From: Candidatus Onthoplasma sp.
GTDB lineage: Bacteria; Bacillota; Clostridia; Christensenellales; UBA1242
Reading direction: 5' to 3'
Length of the DNA: 64,000 bases
NCBI GenBank assembly: GCA_965646995.1
Contig: CBFGBH010000002.1
Span: 75,953-139,952, forward strand
Part shown: positions 37,480 to 47,257 of the stretch, piece after piece
Layout of the letters: every line of letters starts with the position of its first letter
How positions within the stretch are numbered: the stretch's first letter is position 1
Notes under the pieces: model-generated
The model's input: the letters and a program-made list of their open reading frames with translations, nothing else
Told to the model about the DNA's origin: nothing
The model's database searches: none
Position numbers and translations under genes: made by a program

Positions 37480-37552
37480 AATTGCTCCTTATGTTAGGAA
37501 GAATAGCACTCATAAATATATTTGTCAATACCATTTTAAAAATTGGTAATGA

Positions 37553-37580
37553 AAAATCTACCTATTTAGGTAGATTGATT
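37553..37580 (-). terminator. Terminator after ligA
   Basis: Stem AUCUACCU / AGGUAGAU, 4-nt loop, U-run. Confidence 0.7.
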
Positions 37581-37581
37581 T

Positions 37582-39546
37582 TTATAAATTAGATAATTTA
37601 TCTAACAATTCTTTTTCATTCATTATCTGGATGTCGAGCTCTTTAGCTTTATCAAGTTTGCTACCCGCATCTGTGCCTACAATTACGATGTCTGTCTTTT
37701 TACTAACACTACTCGTGACATTAGCACCATGGCTGAGTAAAATTTTCGTTAGGTCTGGACGAGCATAATGCTCAAGTGTACCTGTGAGAACTATTGTTTT
37801 ATCAGTGAAATACGATTTGATTTGTGCGTCTCCAGATGAATTAATAGTGACCCCCGCATCAAATAATTTTTGAATATTTAATAGATTATCTTCGTCTTTA
37901 AAATATTCTATAATACTCGTTGCTACTATGTCTCCTATGTCATCAATGGCGGTCAGTGCGTCAATATCTGCTAATTTTAGTTCATCAATAGTTTTGAATT
38001 TCCTAGACAATGTGAATGCAGTCTTTTTCCCTATATTCATGATACCTAGCGCGTAAATAAAATTCGACCAATCTATCTGTTTACTCTTCTCTATACTTGA
38101 GATAAGGTTAGATATTTTTTTGTCTTTGAAGCCTTCTAGACCAACTAACATACCAGCGGTAAGTGAATATAGTTGATACGGATAAGCTACATGAAAATTC
38201 TCAAACAAGACTTTCAGTGTTTTTTCACTAAGTCCGTCTATATTGAACGCATCTCGTGATACGAAATGTGTAAGTCTATCGATAATTTGTTCGAAACAAT
38301 TATTATGATTAAGGCAGAAAAGATTAGCTCCTATCGTCTCTAGTGTATAGCCACAGCTTGGACAGACTTTAGGCGGAATTATATCTACTGCTTTCGCACT
38401 CTTCTCGGCTAGCCCCATCACTTCTGGTATGACTTCATTGCTACGGCGAACGAAAACGCGACTATTAATGCTAATATTCTTACGCTCAATATCTTGTGTA
38501 TTATTAAGAGTAGCTCTACTAACAGTGGCGCCACTAAGCTCTATTGGGTCTAATATAGCTATAGGTGTAATCTTACCTGTACGTCCTACTTGCCAGACAA
38601 CATCCTTTAGAACTGTACTCTGCTCGACAGGCTTAAATTTATACGCCATAGCCCATTTAGGATATTTAATAGTATAGCCTATCTCATCCCGTACTTTACA
38701 ATCATTGACCTTGATAACCATGCCATCTATCATGACATCAAGTTTATCTTTAATCTTATCAATATGTTCTATTTCGTCTTTGACATCATTAATAAAAATT
38801 AGTTTTTTGAAATAATCGCCTGTCTTAAATCCCTGTTTAATAATAAACTGATTCATCTCTTCCTGAGTAGCAATATTCTCATTCTCTACTAGCAATACAT
38901 CATAACAGAAGAAATCTAGCATGCGTTTCTCTGTCTCTTTTGGGTCTAAGTTTCGCACTGCCCCTGCTACACCATTTCTAGGATTTTTGAGCGGAGTTTC
39001 CGCTGTCTTATTATACTCTTCAAAGGCTTTATTAGTCATCATACACTCGCCCTGAACTAGTAATCTACCTTTATAAGGAATGGTAAGTGGTACACTCTTG
39101 ATAGTACGGACTTGACGAGTGACTATCTCGCCTATCTGTCCATTACCACGAGTGGTTGCGTATCTAAAGTGACCATTCAAATATTCGAGTACGATTTTAA
39201 GTCCGTCATACTTATATTCGAGTGAAAAATCTAGGTTAGGATTAGCACTAGCCTCTCGCATATCTGTCATCCACTTATCTAGGTCATCAAAGTCTTTTAC
39301 CTTATTTAAACTATATAGCGGTATTTCGTGTTTCTTCTTCTTAAAACCTGGTAAGACATAGTCTCCTACTCGTGCTGTAGGGGTATTCGGCAAAGAATAA
39401 CCTAGCTCTTTCTCTAGGTCAACCAGCTCATAATACATGGCATCATACTCAGCATCCGAAATAGTTGGATTGTCATATAAGTAATAATTCTTATTATGCT
39501 TATCTACTTCGTTAGTGAGATAGACTAATCTCTCTTCCTTAGTCAT
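37582..39546 (-). CDS. ligA: NAD-dependent DNA ligase
   Basis: Adenylation motif EYKYDG, CxxC...C zinc finger, HhH and BRCT regions. Follows pcrA. Confidence 0.95.
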   Translation of the reverse strand: MTKEERLVYLTNEVDKHNKNYYLYDNPTISDAEYDAMYYELVDLEKELGYSLPNTPTARVGDYVLPGFKKKKHEIPLYSLNKVKDFDDLDKWMTDMREASANPNLDFSLEYKYDGLKIVLEYLNGHFRYATTRGNGQIGEIVTRQVRTIKSVPLTIPYKGRLLVQGECMMTNKAFEEYNKTAETPLKNPRNGVAGAVRNLDPKETEKRMLDFFCYDVLLVENENIATQEEMNQFIIKQGFKTGDYFKKLIFINDVKDEIEHIDKIKDKLDVMIDGMVIKVNDCKVRDEIGYTIKYPKWAMAYKFKPVEQSTVLKDVVWQVGRTGKITPIAILDPIELSGATVSRATLNNTQDIERKNISINSRVFVRRSNEVIPEVMGLAEKSAKAVDIIPPKVCPSCGYTLETIGANLFCLNHNNCFEQIIDRLTHFVSRDAFNIDGLSEKTLKVLFENFHVAYPYQLYSLTAGMLVGLEGFKDKKISNLISSIEKSKQIDWSNFIYALGIMNIGKKTAFTLSRKFKTIDELKLADIDALTAIDDIGDIVATSIIEYFKDEDNLLNIQKLFDAGVTINSSGDAQIKSYFTDKTIVLTGTLEHYARPDLTKILLSHGANVTSSVSKKTDIVIVGTDAGSKLDKAKELDIQIMNEKELLDKLSNL

Positions 39547-41778
39547 CTAATCCTTAAACTCTATTGGTGCGTACTCTAATGAAAGCATCTTCTCACCTAC
39601 TACATCAAATTTAATCTTTACACAATGATTACTGCTATTAGGAGTGACCTCTACAATCTCTCCCTCACCAAACTTAGGATGAACAACTTTCGCTCCTAGT
39701 TTAATCTTGGAGAAATCTACAGACTTTTTCTCCACTGCATTTTTATTAAATGTGTAATTGAATGATTGATTATTATTTGAATTAAGTGTATTCATATTTC
39801 CTCCGTAATTAAATTTATTTTGATTTATTTTAGTATTGTTATAATTATTATAGTTATTATATGAATTGTAACCATAATTTATTTGTCGCTCTTTTGCAAG
39901 GTCTAATTCATATAAAAAACGAGATTTAACGCTATATTCACGCTTGCCATACATATATCTAGATGCTGAACTAGTAAGAAACAAGTCTTTCTTTGCTCTA
40001 GTGATAGCGACATACATGAGTCTACGCTCTTCTTCCAAGTCGTCTTTGTCATCACGAGTGATTGGGAAAATCTTTTCTTCACAGCCTACCACAAATACAG
40101 TATCAAATTCCAAACCTTTCGCCCCATGGATAGTAGCTATGACTACTCCTGAACCATCATCACTATCCATTGCACTTGATAAGGTCACAGATTGAAGATA
40201 ATCGACTATCGTAGCACCTTCATTGTTCTCTTCGAACTCTCTAACAGAATTAGATAGCGAGTTGATATTCAAATAGCGTTCGTATTCCTGCTCATTATCT
40301 AGGTCAAATGATTTTAGTATACCTGTTTCATCGAGTAAATATGAGAAAAAGTCATACATACCCATGCTATTCATTTTTTCTTCTAAATCTATAAGTAATT
40401 TTTTCAGTGGTAGTAATTTATCTTTCAATGCCTTTGGCAATAATTCTGTCTCGCTATTTATAATCACATTCTTTAATGATGTGTGGTATTTAATAGCTAG
40501 TTCATTTAGTTTCTCAATGCTAGTTTCTCCTATGCCACGCTTAGGGAAATTGATTATACGAGTAAAACTGACATTATCATCAGGATTGACCAGCGCAGTG
40601 AGATATGCCAAAACGCTCTTAATCTCCGCACGCTCGAAGAATTTAAAACCATTGTACATAATATGTGGAATATTATAGGCTAATAATTTCTCTTCAAATG
40701 CTCGAGAGAGCGAGTTCAATCTCATAAGTATCGCCATTTCACTATATGGGACACCCGAGTGATGCATTTCCAAAATATTACGCACCACAAAATCTGCTTC
40801 ATCTGTCTCATTCATAGCTGGATAGTAATGAACTTCGTTGCCTTCATTATTCTCTGTATATAATCTTTTGTCTAAGCGATTTTTGTTATTCTTAATGATT
40901 AGATTCGCTCTATCCAAGATTTTCTTGGTACTGCGATAATTCTGCTCTAATTTAAAGACTTTCGTATTCTTGAAATCTCTAGTAAAATTAAATATATTGT
41001 CTATATTTGCACCACGCCAACCATAGATTGATTGGTCTTCGTCTCCTACTATAAGTATATTGCGTGTCTTTGAAGCTAACAGTTTAATTATGTCATATTG
41101 CAACTTATTAGTATCTTGAAATTCATCCACACTAAAATACGAATATTTATTTTGAATACTATCTAGTATCTCGCTATTGGAAGAAATCAGTCTATAAAAA
41201 TTGACTAGTAAATCATCAAAATCCATAGCGTTATTTTTCTTGAGTTCTTCTTCGTAGGCATTAAAAAATTTAACAAAATCACTAATAGAATTATCGTATC
41301 TATAGATATCAGCAAATTCTTCTATCGTCATATTCTCATTTTTGATAGTAGAAATATTGTGCTTGAAGTTAGAACGAGTAGATTCATCATCTATCTTCAT
41401 GGTCTTAAATAAATTTTTGTAAATTTTAGCTGTATCAGTGTCGCTGAATATTGTAAAATTCTCTTTATACCCCGGAACAAAACTAGCATATGTGCGTAGC
41501 ATCCTAGCACAAAAACTATGGAAAGTGCTAACGGTCACTAAATCGCCATCTTTTGCTACTTTACATATTCTATCTTTCATCTCGCCTGCTGCTTTATTAG
41601 TAAATGTGATAGCTAAAATTTTATGCGCTGGAACACCGCATTCAGTAATCAGATATGCTATACGATATGTAAGAAGTCTCGTCTTCCCACTGCCCGCTCC
41701 CGCACTAACCATTACCGGTCCATCAGTACATACAACAGCTTCGAATTGTTCGCTATTCAGCAAATTCTTGTAATCCAT
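39547..41778 (-). CDS. pcrA: ATP-dependent DNA helicase PcrA (UvrD family)
   Basis: AGAGSGKT, DEFQDTN and VATIHGAKGLEF motifs. C-terminal Tudor-like tail KFGEGEIVEV. Confidence 0.95.
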   Translation of the reverse strand: MDYKNLLNSEQFEAVVCTDGPVMVSAGAGSGKTRLLTYRIAYLITECGVPAHKILAITFTNKAAGEMKDRICKVAKDGDLVTVSTFHSFCARMLRTYASFVPGYKENFTIFSDTDTAKIYKNLFKTMKIDDESTRSNFKHNISTIKNENMTIEEFADIYRYDNSISDFVKFFNAYEEELKKNNAMDFDDLLVNFYRLISSNSEILDSIQNKYSYFSVDEFQDTNKLQYDIIKLLASKTRNILIVGDEDQSIYGWRGANIDNIFNFTRDFKNTKVFKLEQNYRSTKKILDRANLIIKNNKNRLDKRLYTENNEGNEVHYYPAMNETDEADFVVRNILEMHHSGVPYSEMAILMRLNSLSRAFEEKLLAYNIPHIMYNGFKFFERAEIKSVLAYLTALVNPDDNVSFTRIINFPKRGIGETSIEKLNELAIKYHTSLKNVIINSETELLPKALKDKLLPLKKLLIDLEEKMNSMGMYDFFSYLLDETGILKSFDLDNEQEYERYLNINSLSNSVREFEENNEGATIVDYLQSVTLSSAMDSDDGSGVVIATIHGAKGLEFDTVFVVGCEEKIFPITRDDKDDLEEERRLMYVAITRAKKDLFLTSSASRYMYGKREYSVKSRFLYELDLAKERQINYGYNSYNNYNNYNNTKINQNKFNYGGNMNTLNSNNNQSFNYTFNKNAVEKKSVDFSKIKLGAKVVHPKFGEGEIVEVTPNSSNHCVKIKFDVVGEKMLSLEYAPIEFKD
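39738..39888 (-). repeat. Asn/Tyr-rich low-complexity linker inside pcrA
   Basis: Encodes NYGYNSYNNYNNYNNTKINQNKFNYGGNMNTLNSNNNQSFNYTFNKN, between the helicase core and the C-terminal Tudor-like domain. Confidence 0.8.
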
Positions 41779-41784
41779 ATAATA

Positions 41785-41813
41785 ATTATACCAAATAATA
41801 ACTTTAGTAGCAA
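41785..41813 (-). promoter_or_regulatory. Promoter positioned for a leaderless pcrA-ligA transcript
   Basis: -35 TTGCTA (41813..41808), 17-nt spacer, TGG-TATAAT (41790..41785), 6 nt (TATTAT), then ATG at 41778. No SD. Confidence 0.65.
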
Positions 41814-41822
41814 ACGAAATTC

Positions 41823-41848
41823 AAGAAAAAACTGGACATTCCCAGTTT
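41823..41848 (-). terminator. Terminator after rpsU
   Basis: Stem AAACUGG / CCAGUUU, 6-nt loop, U-run. Confidence 0.75.
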
Positions 41849-41851
41849 ATC

Positions 41852-42040
41852 TTAATATCTAGATTTCTTCATAGCACGCTTACGAGCTGCTTTAGATTTC
41901 TCTTTACGACGAACGCTTGGCTTAACATATTCAGTATTTTTCTTAAGGTCGCCAATGATACCATCTTTCTGACATTTACGCTTGAAACGCTTTAATGCAC
42001 TCTCTAATGATTCATTCTCTCCGCAACGAACTGTAGTCAA
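41852..42040 (-). CDS. rpsU: 30S ribosomal protein S21
   Basis: ...VRCGENESLESALKRFKRKCQKDGI... is typical of S21. Start probably TTG at 42040 (GGGTGA upstream) rather than the tracked GTG at 42049. Confidence 0.9.
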   Translation of the reverse strand: MTTVRCGENESLESALKRFKRKCQKDGIIGDLKKNTEYVKPSVRRKEKSKAARKRAMKKSRY

Positions 42041-42075
42041 AATTTTCACCCACTTTTATTTATAAATTCTTTTTT

Positions 42076-42104
42076 ATCTTACACCTAAATATTAGCATTG
42101 TCAA
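42076..42104 (-). promoter_or_regulatory. rpsU promoter
   Basis: -35 TTGACA (42104..42099), 17-nt spacer, -10 TAAGAT (42081..42076). Confidence 0.6.
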
Positions 42105-42130
42105 GAGATTTTGCTAAAATTCTCTGTAAA

Positions 42131-42571
42131 CTATGCTTCAAAAGGCGAAACTATGCTATATGAATCAGAAATTAACTCTGAATGAATAAATTCTGGAGCT
42201 TTTGAATTAAGTCTGTAACTTAGATGTCTATTAGCATATACTAACCTAATTTTTTTCAAATCAATACCAACATGCTCGCTGATGCTAGCTGTAATCATTG
42301 CTTCATCCGCCGCTTCTGCCCCCATCAGTGAAAATAATGAGTTGATACAATTAATAATAGCTGATTTATAGTAACCATTAAATATCTCTTTATCACATGG
42401 TCTACTAAACTTAATCTTCCAGTCATATTTAGCAGTTACCACTGTATTTGCCATTAAAACTGGCCCACTGACATCATTTTTAGCCGACTGAAAGCTCGTA
42501 ATTTCTTTTAATCTCTCAGGTCTAGGTGTAGTACTGCCCATTAGTACTTGAATATTTGATTTCTCTTCCAT
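42131..42571 (-). CDS. Hypothetical protein (146 aa)
   Basis: Trimmed to MEEKSNIQVL (RBS AAGGAGAG). The tracked longer ORF overlaps the HIT gene by 64 nt. Confidence 0.6.
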   Translation of the reverse strand: MEEKSNIQVLMGSTTPRPERLKEITSFQSAKNDVSGPVLMANTVVTAKYDWKIKFSRPCDKEIFNGYYKSAIINCINSLFSLMGAEAADEAMITASISEHVGIDLKKIRLVYANRHLSYRLNSKAPEFIHSELISDSYSIVSPFEA

Positions 42572-42642
42572 AATCTCTCCTTGATTATTTGTATAATAGC
42601 ATGCATGTAGTATTTTGTTAATATTGATACAAAAAATGAAGG

Positions 42643-42978
42643 CTAAAACTCCTTCAATTTCTCTCCGCCGATTATGTGTATATGAATATGTCCGACCGAC
42701 TGGCAAGCGTCTGCTCCTTGATTGATAAGTAGTCTATAGCCATTGGCAAGTCCTAATTTATCTTTATTAAGTGCAATCTTATGAATAATCTTACCTAATA
42801 ATAATGCACCCTGCTCTGTCATCATATCAATGTATGGTGCATGTTCATGTGGTATAGCGATGAGATGAATCTTAGCCTGCGGATTAATATCCTTAATTAC
42901 CATGAAATCATCATCTTCGTACAATTTAGTCGAAGGCAACTCTCCCTTTCTAATCTTACAAAATACACAATCTTCCAT
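42643..42978 (-). CDS. HIT family nucleotide hydrolase (HinT-like)
   Basis: Histidine triad HIHIHII. 111 aa. Confidence 0.9.
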   Translation of the reverse strand: MEDCVFCKIRKGELPSTKLYEDDDFMVIKDINPQAKIHLIAIPHEHAPYIDMMTEQGALLLGKIIHKIALNKDKLGLANGYRLLINQGADACQSVGHIHIHIIGGEKLKEF

Positions 42979-42987
42979 ACCTATCTC

Positions 42988-43401
42988 CTAAAACACAACT
43001 GTATCAGCATTCTCTATACTAGTGTGAAGGTTAGTCATGTCCTTATGCAAAGACTCTGAATAAACATAACACTGACTAATTGACTTAATTAATTTAACAT
43101 TAGATTTGACTGCTTCGCACTCTATTAATTTCCCAAACATTTTATACGCTATCGTAGCATCTCTTTTCACTGCTTCAAAGATTGCCTGTGTATTCTGTGG
43201 CAAACTATTACTCGTGCATAGTCCATATAGAATATCACTTTTTGATTTAGCAGAGATATATTTATCTCTAGCTTGCACATACGCTGTCAATAATTCTAAT
43301 GGCAAATCATCTAATAATGTTTCAACAGCAGGAATAGTTAGCATTGCAGATAATTCTCCTTCTGAATACAAACCTAAAATCATTTTCTCCTCTAATTTCA
43401 T
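42988..43401 (-). CDS. Hypothetical protein (137 aa, helical)
   Basis: Trimmed to MKLEEKMIL (GAGG upstream). No recognisable motif. Confidence 0.6.
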   Translation of the reverse strand: MKLEEKMILGLYSEGELSAMLTIPAVETLLDDLPLELLTAYVQARDKYISAKSKSDILYGLCTSNSLPQNTQAIFEAVKRDATIAYKMFGKLIECEAVKSNVKLIKSISQCYVYSESLHKDMTNLHTSIENADTVVF

Positions 43402-43450
43402 AAACACCTCGCTTTTATTTTAACATATATGAATTAATAAAACAAGAGAT

Positions 43451-44704
43451 TTAATTGTCTTTTACAATTTCGCCGAGCATACCTTGACTATGAGCTTTTA
43501 TTAATTTTACTTTAACTATATTACCTATTGGTAGAAGCGTATTAATGTATGTATAAATATAATTGTCCGTATAACCGACAGAATAGCCATCAATATGCTC
43601 TTCCACTAGCATAGTATGTGTAGTATTCTCATTTTCATTATAGAATTTGGTCGTAAATTCATCTCTTAGAGCGAGCAAGCGATTTTCTCTTGCCTTCACT
43701 TTTACTTTATCTACATCTCCTGACATACGGCTTGCCACCGTACCAGAACGGACACTATATGGGAAAATGTGCATATAGCTAAAGCCAATTTCCTTTAAAT
43801 TACTAAAGGTAATCTCAAATTCTTCATCTGTCTCGCCCTTAAATCCTACTATCAAGTCAGTCGAGAGACATGGATGAATAAATTTCTTTTTAATCTTCTT
43901 AGTAATCTCAATAAATTCTTCTATAGTGTAATGTCTATTCATGCGTTTAAGCGTATCGTTGCATGCTGACTGTAGACTAAGATGAAAGTGCGGGCAGAAA
44001 TTCTTACAATTAATAAGTATATCTAACATCTCGTCGTCTAGAACATTGCATTCCAAAGATGATAATCTAAAGCGTTTGTTTAGCTTATCTACTTCTTTAA
44101 TAAGTGTCTTAAGTGCCAGTTCTCCTTTAATTCGATAGTCCGACATATTGATACCTGTAAGGACTATTTCATTTGATTTAGTTGATTTTATTTCGCTAAT
44201 AATATCTTTTAACGCTCTACTTCTACTCCTACCGCGAAGATACGGAATAAGACAATATGTACAGAAATAATCACAGCCATCTTGTATCTTGATATATTGG
44301 CGAGCTTTAGTCTCTGTAGGTTTTTTAAACGGAATATATTTTTTATGCTCTAACTCGGGTAAGACTCTATTCTCACAATTGATATAATGAATAATGTTAT
44401 GTTTACCGAAATTACCCACTACTGCTATTACATTATCATCTTTCAAAAATTGTGCTGGGTTATTCTGCGATGCACAACCTGCTACCACAATCTTTGCCTT
44501 AGGATTGAGTTTCTTGATTTTAGTGAGCATTTGGCGTGATTTTCGCTCGCCAATATTTGTGACTGCACAAGTGTTAACAATATATAAATCAGCAGGCACT
44601 AAACCCTCACATATTTCATATCCCGCCAAAATCAACTGACTCATCATTGATTGGCTCTCATATTCATTTACCTTACAACCAAGAGTAATGACACTAGCTC
44701 GCAT
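43451..44704 (-). CDS. mtaB: Radical SAM methylthiotransferase, MtaB/YqeV-like
   Basis: N-terminal UPF0004 cysteines (LGCKVNEYE), radical SAM CDYFCTYC, C-terminal TRAM. Follows rsmE as in Bacillus (yqeU-yqeV). Confidence 0.85.
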   Translation of the reverse strand: MRASVITLGCKVNEYESQSMMSQLILAGYEICEGLVPADLYIVNTCAVTNIGERKSRQMLTKIKKLNPKAKIVVAGCASQNNPAQFLKDDNVIAVVGNFGKHNIIHYINCENRVLPELEHKKYIPFKKPTETKARQYIKIQDGCDYFCTYCLIPYLRGRSRSRALKDIISEIKSTKSNEIVLTGINMSDYRIKGELALKTLIKEVDKLNKRFRLSSLECNVLDDEMLDILINCKNFCPHFHLSLQSACNDTLKRMNRHYTIEEFIEITKKIKKKFIHPCLSTDLIVGFKGETDEEFEITFSNLKEIGFSYMHIFPYSVRSGTVASRMSGDVDKVKVKARENRLLALRDEFTTKFYNENENTTHTMLVEEHIDGYSVGYTDNYIYTYINTLLPIGNIVKVKLIKAHSQGMLGEIVKDN

Positions 44705-45389
44705 AGTTTACCGCCTTTAGCATAGCTACTCCCGCAATACACGCCACTTCTGCTCTAAGAATAGTACTACCTAGACTAATATTTTTCGCAAAGCTCGAAA
44801 AATACTCTACTTCGCCTGGCGAAAAACCACCTTCCGCACCTATTATGAGCGCAAAATCGCCATTGAAAGATTCTAACTTGCCACATGAATCTTCATACGC
44901 AAAATAGCAATTAGGGATAGATGATATATCATCCTTAATTTTTGATTTCTCTATTATACTAATGTCCATTATATCTGCGCGTTCACATTGTTTACTGGCT
45001 TGAATGGCAATGCTCTTTAATTTGTTTAATTTCTTCTCATCTAGATTAGCGACAGAATAATCCGAGCGAAATAATTTGACACGACCTACATTTAGTTCTG
45101 CCAAATGGTCTATTGCAGTAGTCAAAGCATCGTTTTTAAGCATGGCAAGATAGACTGTGATGTCTGCTTCTTGCTGTGCTCGATTGATATCACAAGACAA
45201 AATACTGCATTCTACCTTGTCTTTATCGATTTTGTCTATTCTCAAGTGATAGTCATAGCCGTCTCCATTGAAAGCAACTATTTTATCTCCTAGTCTACAA
45301 CGACGGGCACGAGTGAGATGCTGTGCCTCTCCACCTTTAATAAGTACTTTGTCTCCAAACTTCTCTAAAAAATAGTATCTATTATCCAT
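44694..45389 (-). CDS. rsmE: 16S rRNA (uracil1498-N3)-methyltransferase RsmE
   Basis: HLTRARRCRLGD PUA-like N-terminus and the SPOUT C-terminus IGAEGGFSPGE. Confidence 0.85.
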   Translation of the reverse strand: MDNRYYFLEKFGDKVLIKGGEAQHLTRARRCRLGDKIVAFNGDGYDYHLRIDKIDKDKVECSILSCDINRAQQEADITVYLAMLKNDALTTAIDHLAELNVGRVKLFRSDYSVANLDEKKLNKLKSIAIQASKQCERADIMDISIIEKSKIKDDISSIPNCYFAYEDSCGKLESFNGDFALIIGAEGGFSPGEVEYFSSFAKNISLGSTILRAEVACIAGVAMLKAVNYAS

Positions 45390-46041
45390 TTTTCCCTTTC
45401 AAACTCTGTATTGCTTCGTATGTGTCATTATTATATATATAATTGCCACTCACTAGAATATCTGCCCCAGCCTTGACACACATTGCTCCAGTCTTGTCAT
45501 TAATGCCACCATCCACTTCTATTAAAATATCACTATTCAGTGAACGAATATATTTTATCTTTTCAAGAGCGCTCTCATTGAAAGACTGTCCGCCCTTGCC
45601 TGCTTTGACAGTCATAATTAAAATCATATCGCAATATTTTAGCAATGGTTCGGTGAGCTTAATATCAGTGTTAAGGTCTATGGCTAGTCCTGCCATTTTC
45701 TTATGATTTCGAATTTTTTTGAGTGTTTTAATAACTGCATCTGGCGTATCAAAGGATTCGTAATGTACAGTGATAATATTGGCTGTAGACTTGATATATT
45801 TATCTATCACTCTCTCTACATTATTAACCATAAGATGAGCATCAAAAAGAAGTGCAGACTTCTCTCGTAATTGCTCAAAATATGTATAGTCTAGAGTCTT
45901 AAATCTCACGAACTCTCCGTCCATAACATCTAAATGATAGATGTCTATACCATAATTGTCTACTCTATTTAAATACTCAATTTGTGCTGACATGTTTCTC
46001 CCAGCTGGTAGACTACTTGCTCCCACTACTACTTTTCGCAT
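45382..46041 (-). CDS. rpe: Ribulose-phosphate 3-epimerase
   Basis: HLDVMDGEFV, DAHLMV and VDGGIN motifs. Confidence 0.85.
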   Translation of the reverse strand: MRKVVVGASSLPAGRNMSAQIEYLNRVDNYGIDIYHLDVMDGEFVRFKTLDYTYFEQLREKSALLFDAHLMVNNVERVIDKYIKSTANIITVHYESFDTPDAVIKTLKKIRNHKKMAGLAIDLNTDIKLTEPLLKYCDMILIMTVKAGKGGQSFNESALEKIKYIRSLNSDILIEVDGGINDKTGAMCVKAGADILVSGNYIYNNDTYEAIQSLKGKNG

Positions 46042-46207
46042 ATATACTCCTTAAATTTATTTAGAATATTATAACATATTTTTTCGACATTTAAAAGTAA
46101 AATTATAAAATATTTTTTAGCTAAACAATTTCTTTTTTAGATTTTTCTACTTCGTTTATTCCACTAGTCATAGCTACTATTAATTCTTGACTTATGAAAG
46201 AAGCTCA

Positions 46208-46235
46208 AAAGAAAAATTCACTATTAAAAGTGAAT
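46208..46235 (-). terminator. Terminator after rlmN
   Basis: Stem AUUCACU / AGUGAAU, 6-nt loop, U-run. Confidence 0.7.
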
Positions 46236-46237
46236 CA

Positions 46238-47257
46238 CTATTGCATTAATTTTTTTGCCCGTAGCATTCCGCACGCACCCTCTATATCGCTACCCTGACT
46301 ACGACGAAGGGTCGCCGATACCCCAATGTCATTTAATTTTTTCACGAAAGATTTAGCTTCTTCTCTACTGGTCGCCTTAAGACTACCACCATTCTGATTT
46401 AAACATATCACATTAACATGGCACAGTAAACCTTTAGTGAGAATTTTTAGATTGCTAATATCTATATCTCTATCATTCACTCCTTTGATAAGGCAGTATT
46501 CGAACACCACTCGTCTAGCATTCTCATTGACATATGATTTTAGAGCATTGATAATCTCATTGATCGAATATCTATTAGCTATAGGCATGATTCTTTTTCT
46601 AGTCTCATCGTCAGTCGCATGAAGAGAGACACATAGTGTGACATTATACTTTAGTTTTGAAAATTCGTAAATTTTATCTACTAAACCGCATGTGGATATG
46701 GAGATATTTCGTTCGCTAAGTTTAAATCCACTTTTATCTGTTATTAGTTCTAACCATTTAACTACATTCTCATAGTTATCAAATGGCTCTCCACTGCCCA
46801 TAAGTACAATATTAGTAAAATTTCTATCAGTACATTTGCCATTATCTGCATTCACTACTGATATCATACTAATCATCTCTCCGGCTGATAGGTCCCTCAC
46901 TCTCCCACCAATAGTGGAAGCACAGAATTTGCAACCCATTCTACAACCAACTTGAGTAGACATACATATCGTGTTGCCATAGTCTTGGTGTAAAAATACA
47001 CATTCAACAATATTGTCATCATGTAGTTTCAAAAGATATTTTTTAGTGCCATCTTTGCTAGTTAAAACTTCAGATATTGAGACCGGTTTTAGTATATAAT
47101 TTCTTTTTAAATTGTCTATTAGATTTTTAGGTAATGTGGTGTTATCATAATCTTTAGCTTGCATGATGGCATCAAAAACTTGCTTGGCACGAAATTTAGG
47201 AAATCCTGCCAAAACAATCTCTAACTCGTTTAAACTATAGTCACTAAGTATTTGCAA
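46238..47257 (-). CDS. rlmN: 23S rRNA/tRNA A2503/A37 C2-methyltransferase RlmN
   Basis: Radical SAM CRMGCKFC and the C-terminal catalytic Cys region GACGML. Confidence 0.93.
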   Translation of the reverse strand: MQILSDYSLNELEIVLAGFPKFRAKQVFDAIMQAKDYDNTTLPKNLIDNLKRNYILKPVSISEVLTSKDGTKKYLLKLHDDNIVECVFLHQDYGNTICMSTQVGCRMGCKFCASTIGGRVRDLSAGEMISMISVVNADNGKCTDRNFTNIVLMGSGEPFDNYENVVKWLELITDKSGFKLSERNISISTCGLVDKIYEFSKLKYNVTLCVSLHATDDETRKRIMPIANRYSINEIINALKSYVNENARRVVFEYCLIKGVNDRDIDISNLKILTKGLLCHVNVICLNQNGGSLKATSREEAKSFVKKLNDIGVSATLRRSQGSDIEGACGMLRAKKLMQ

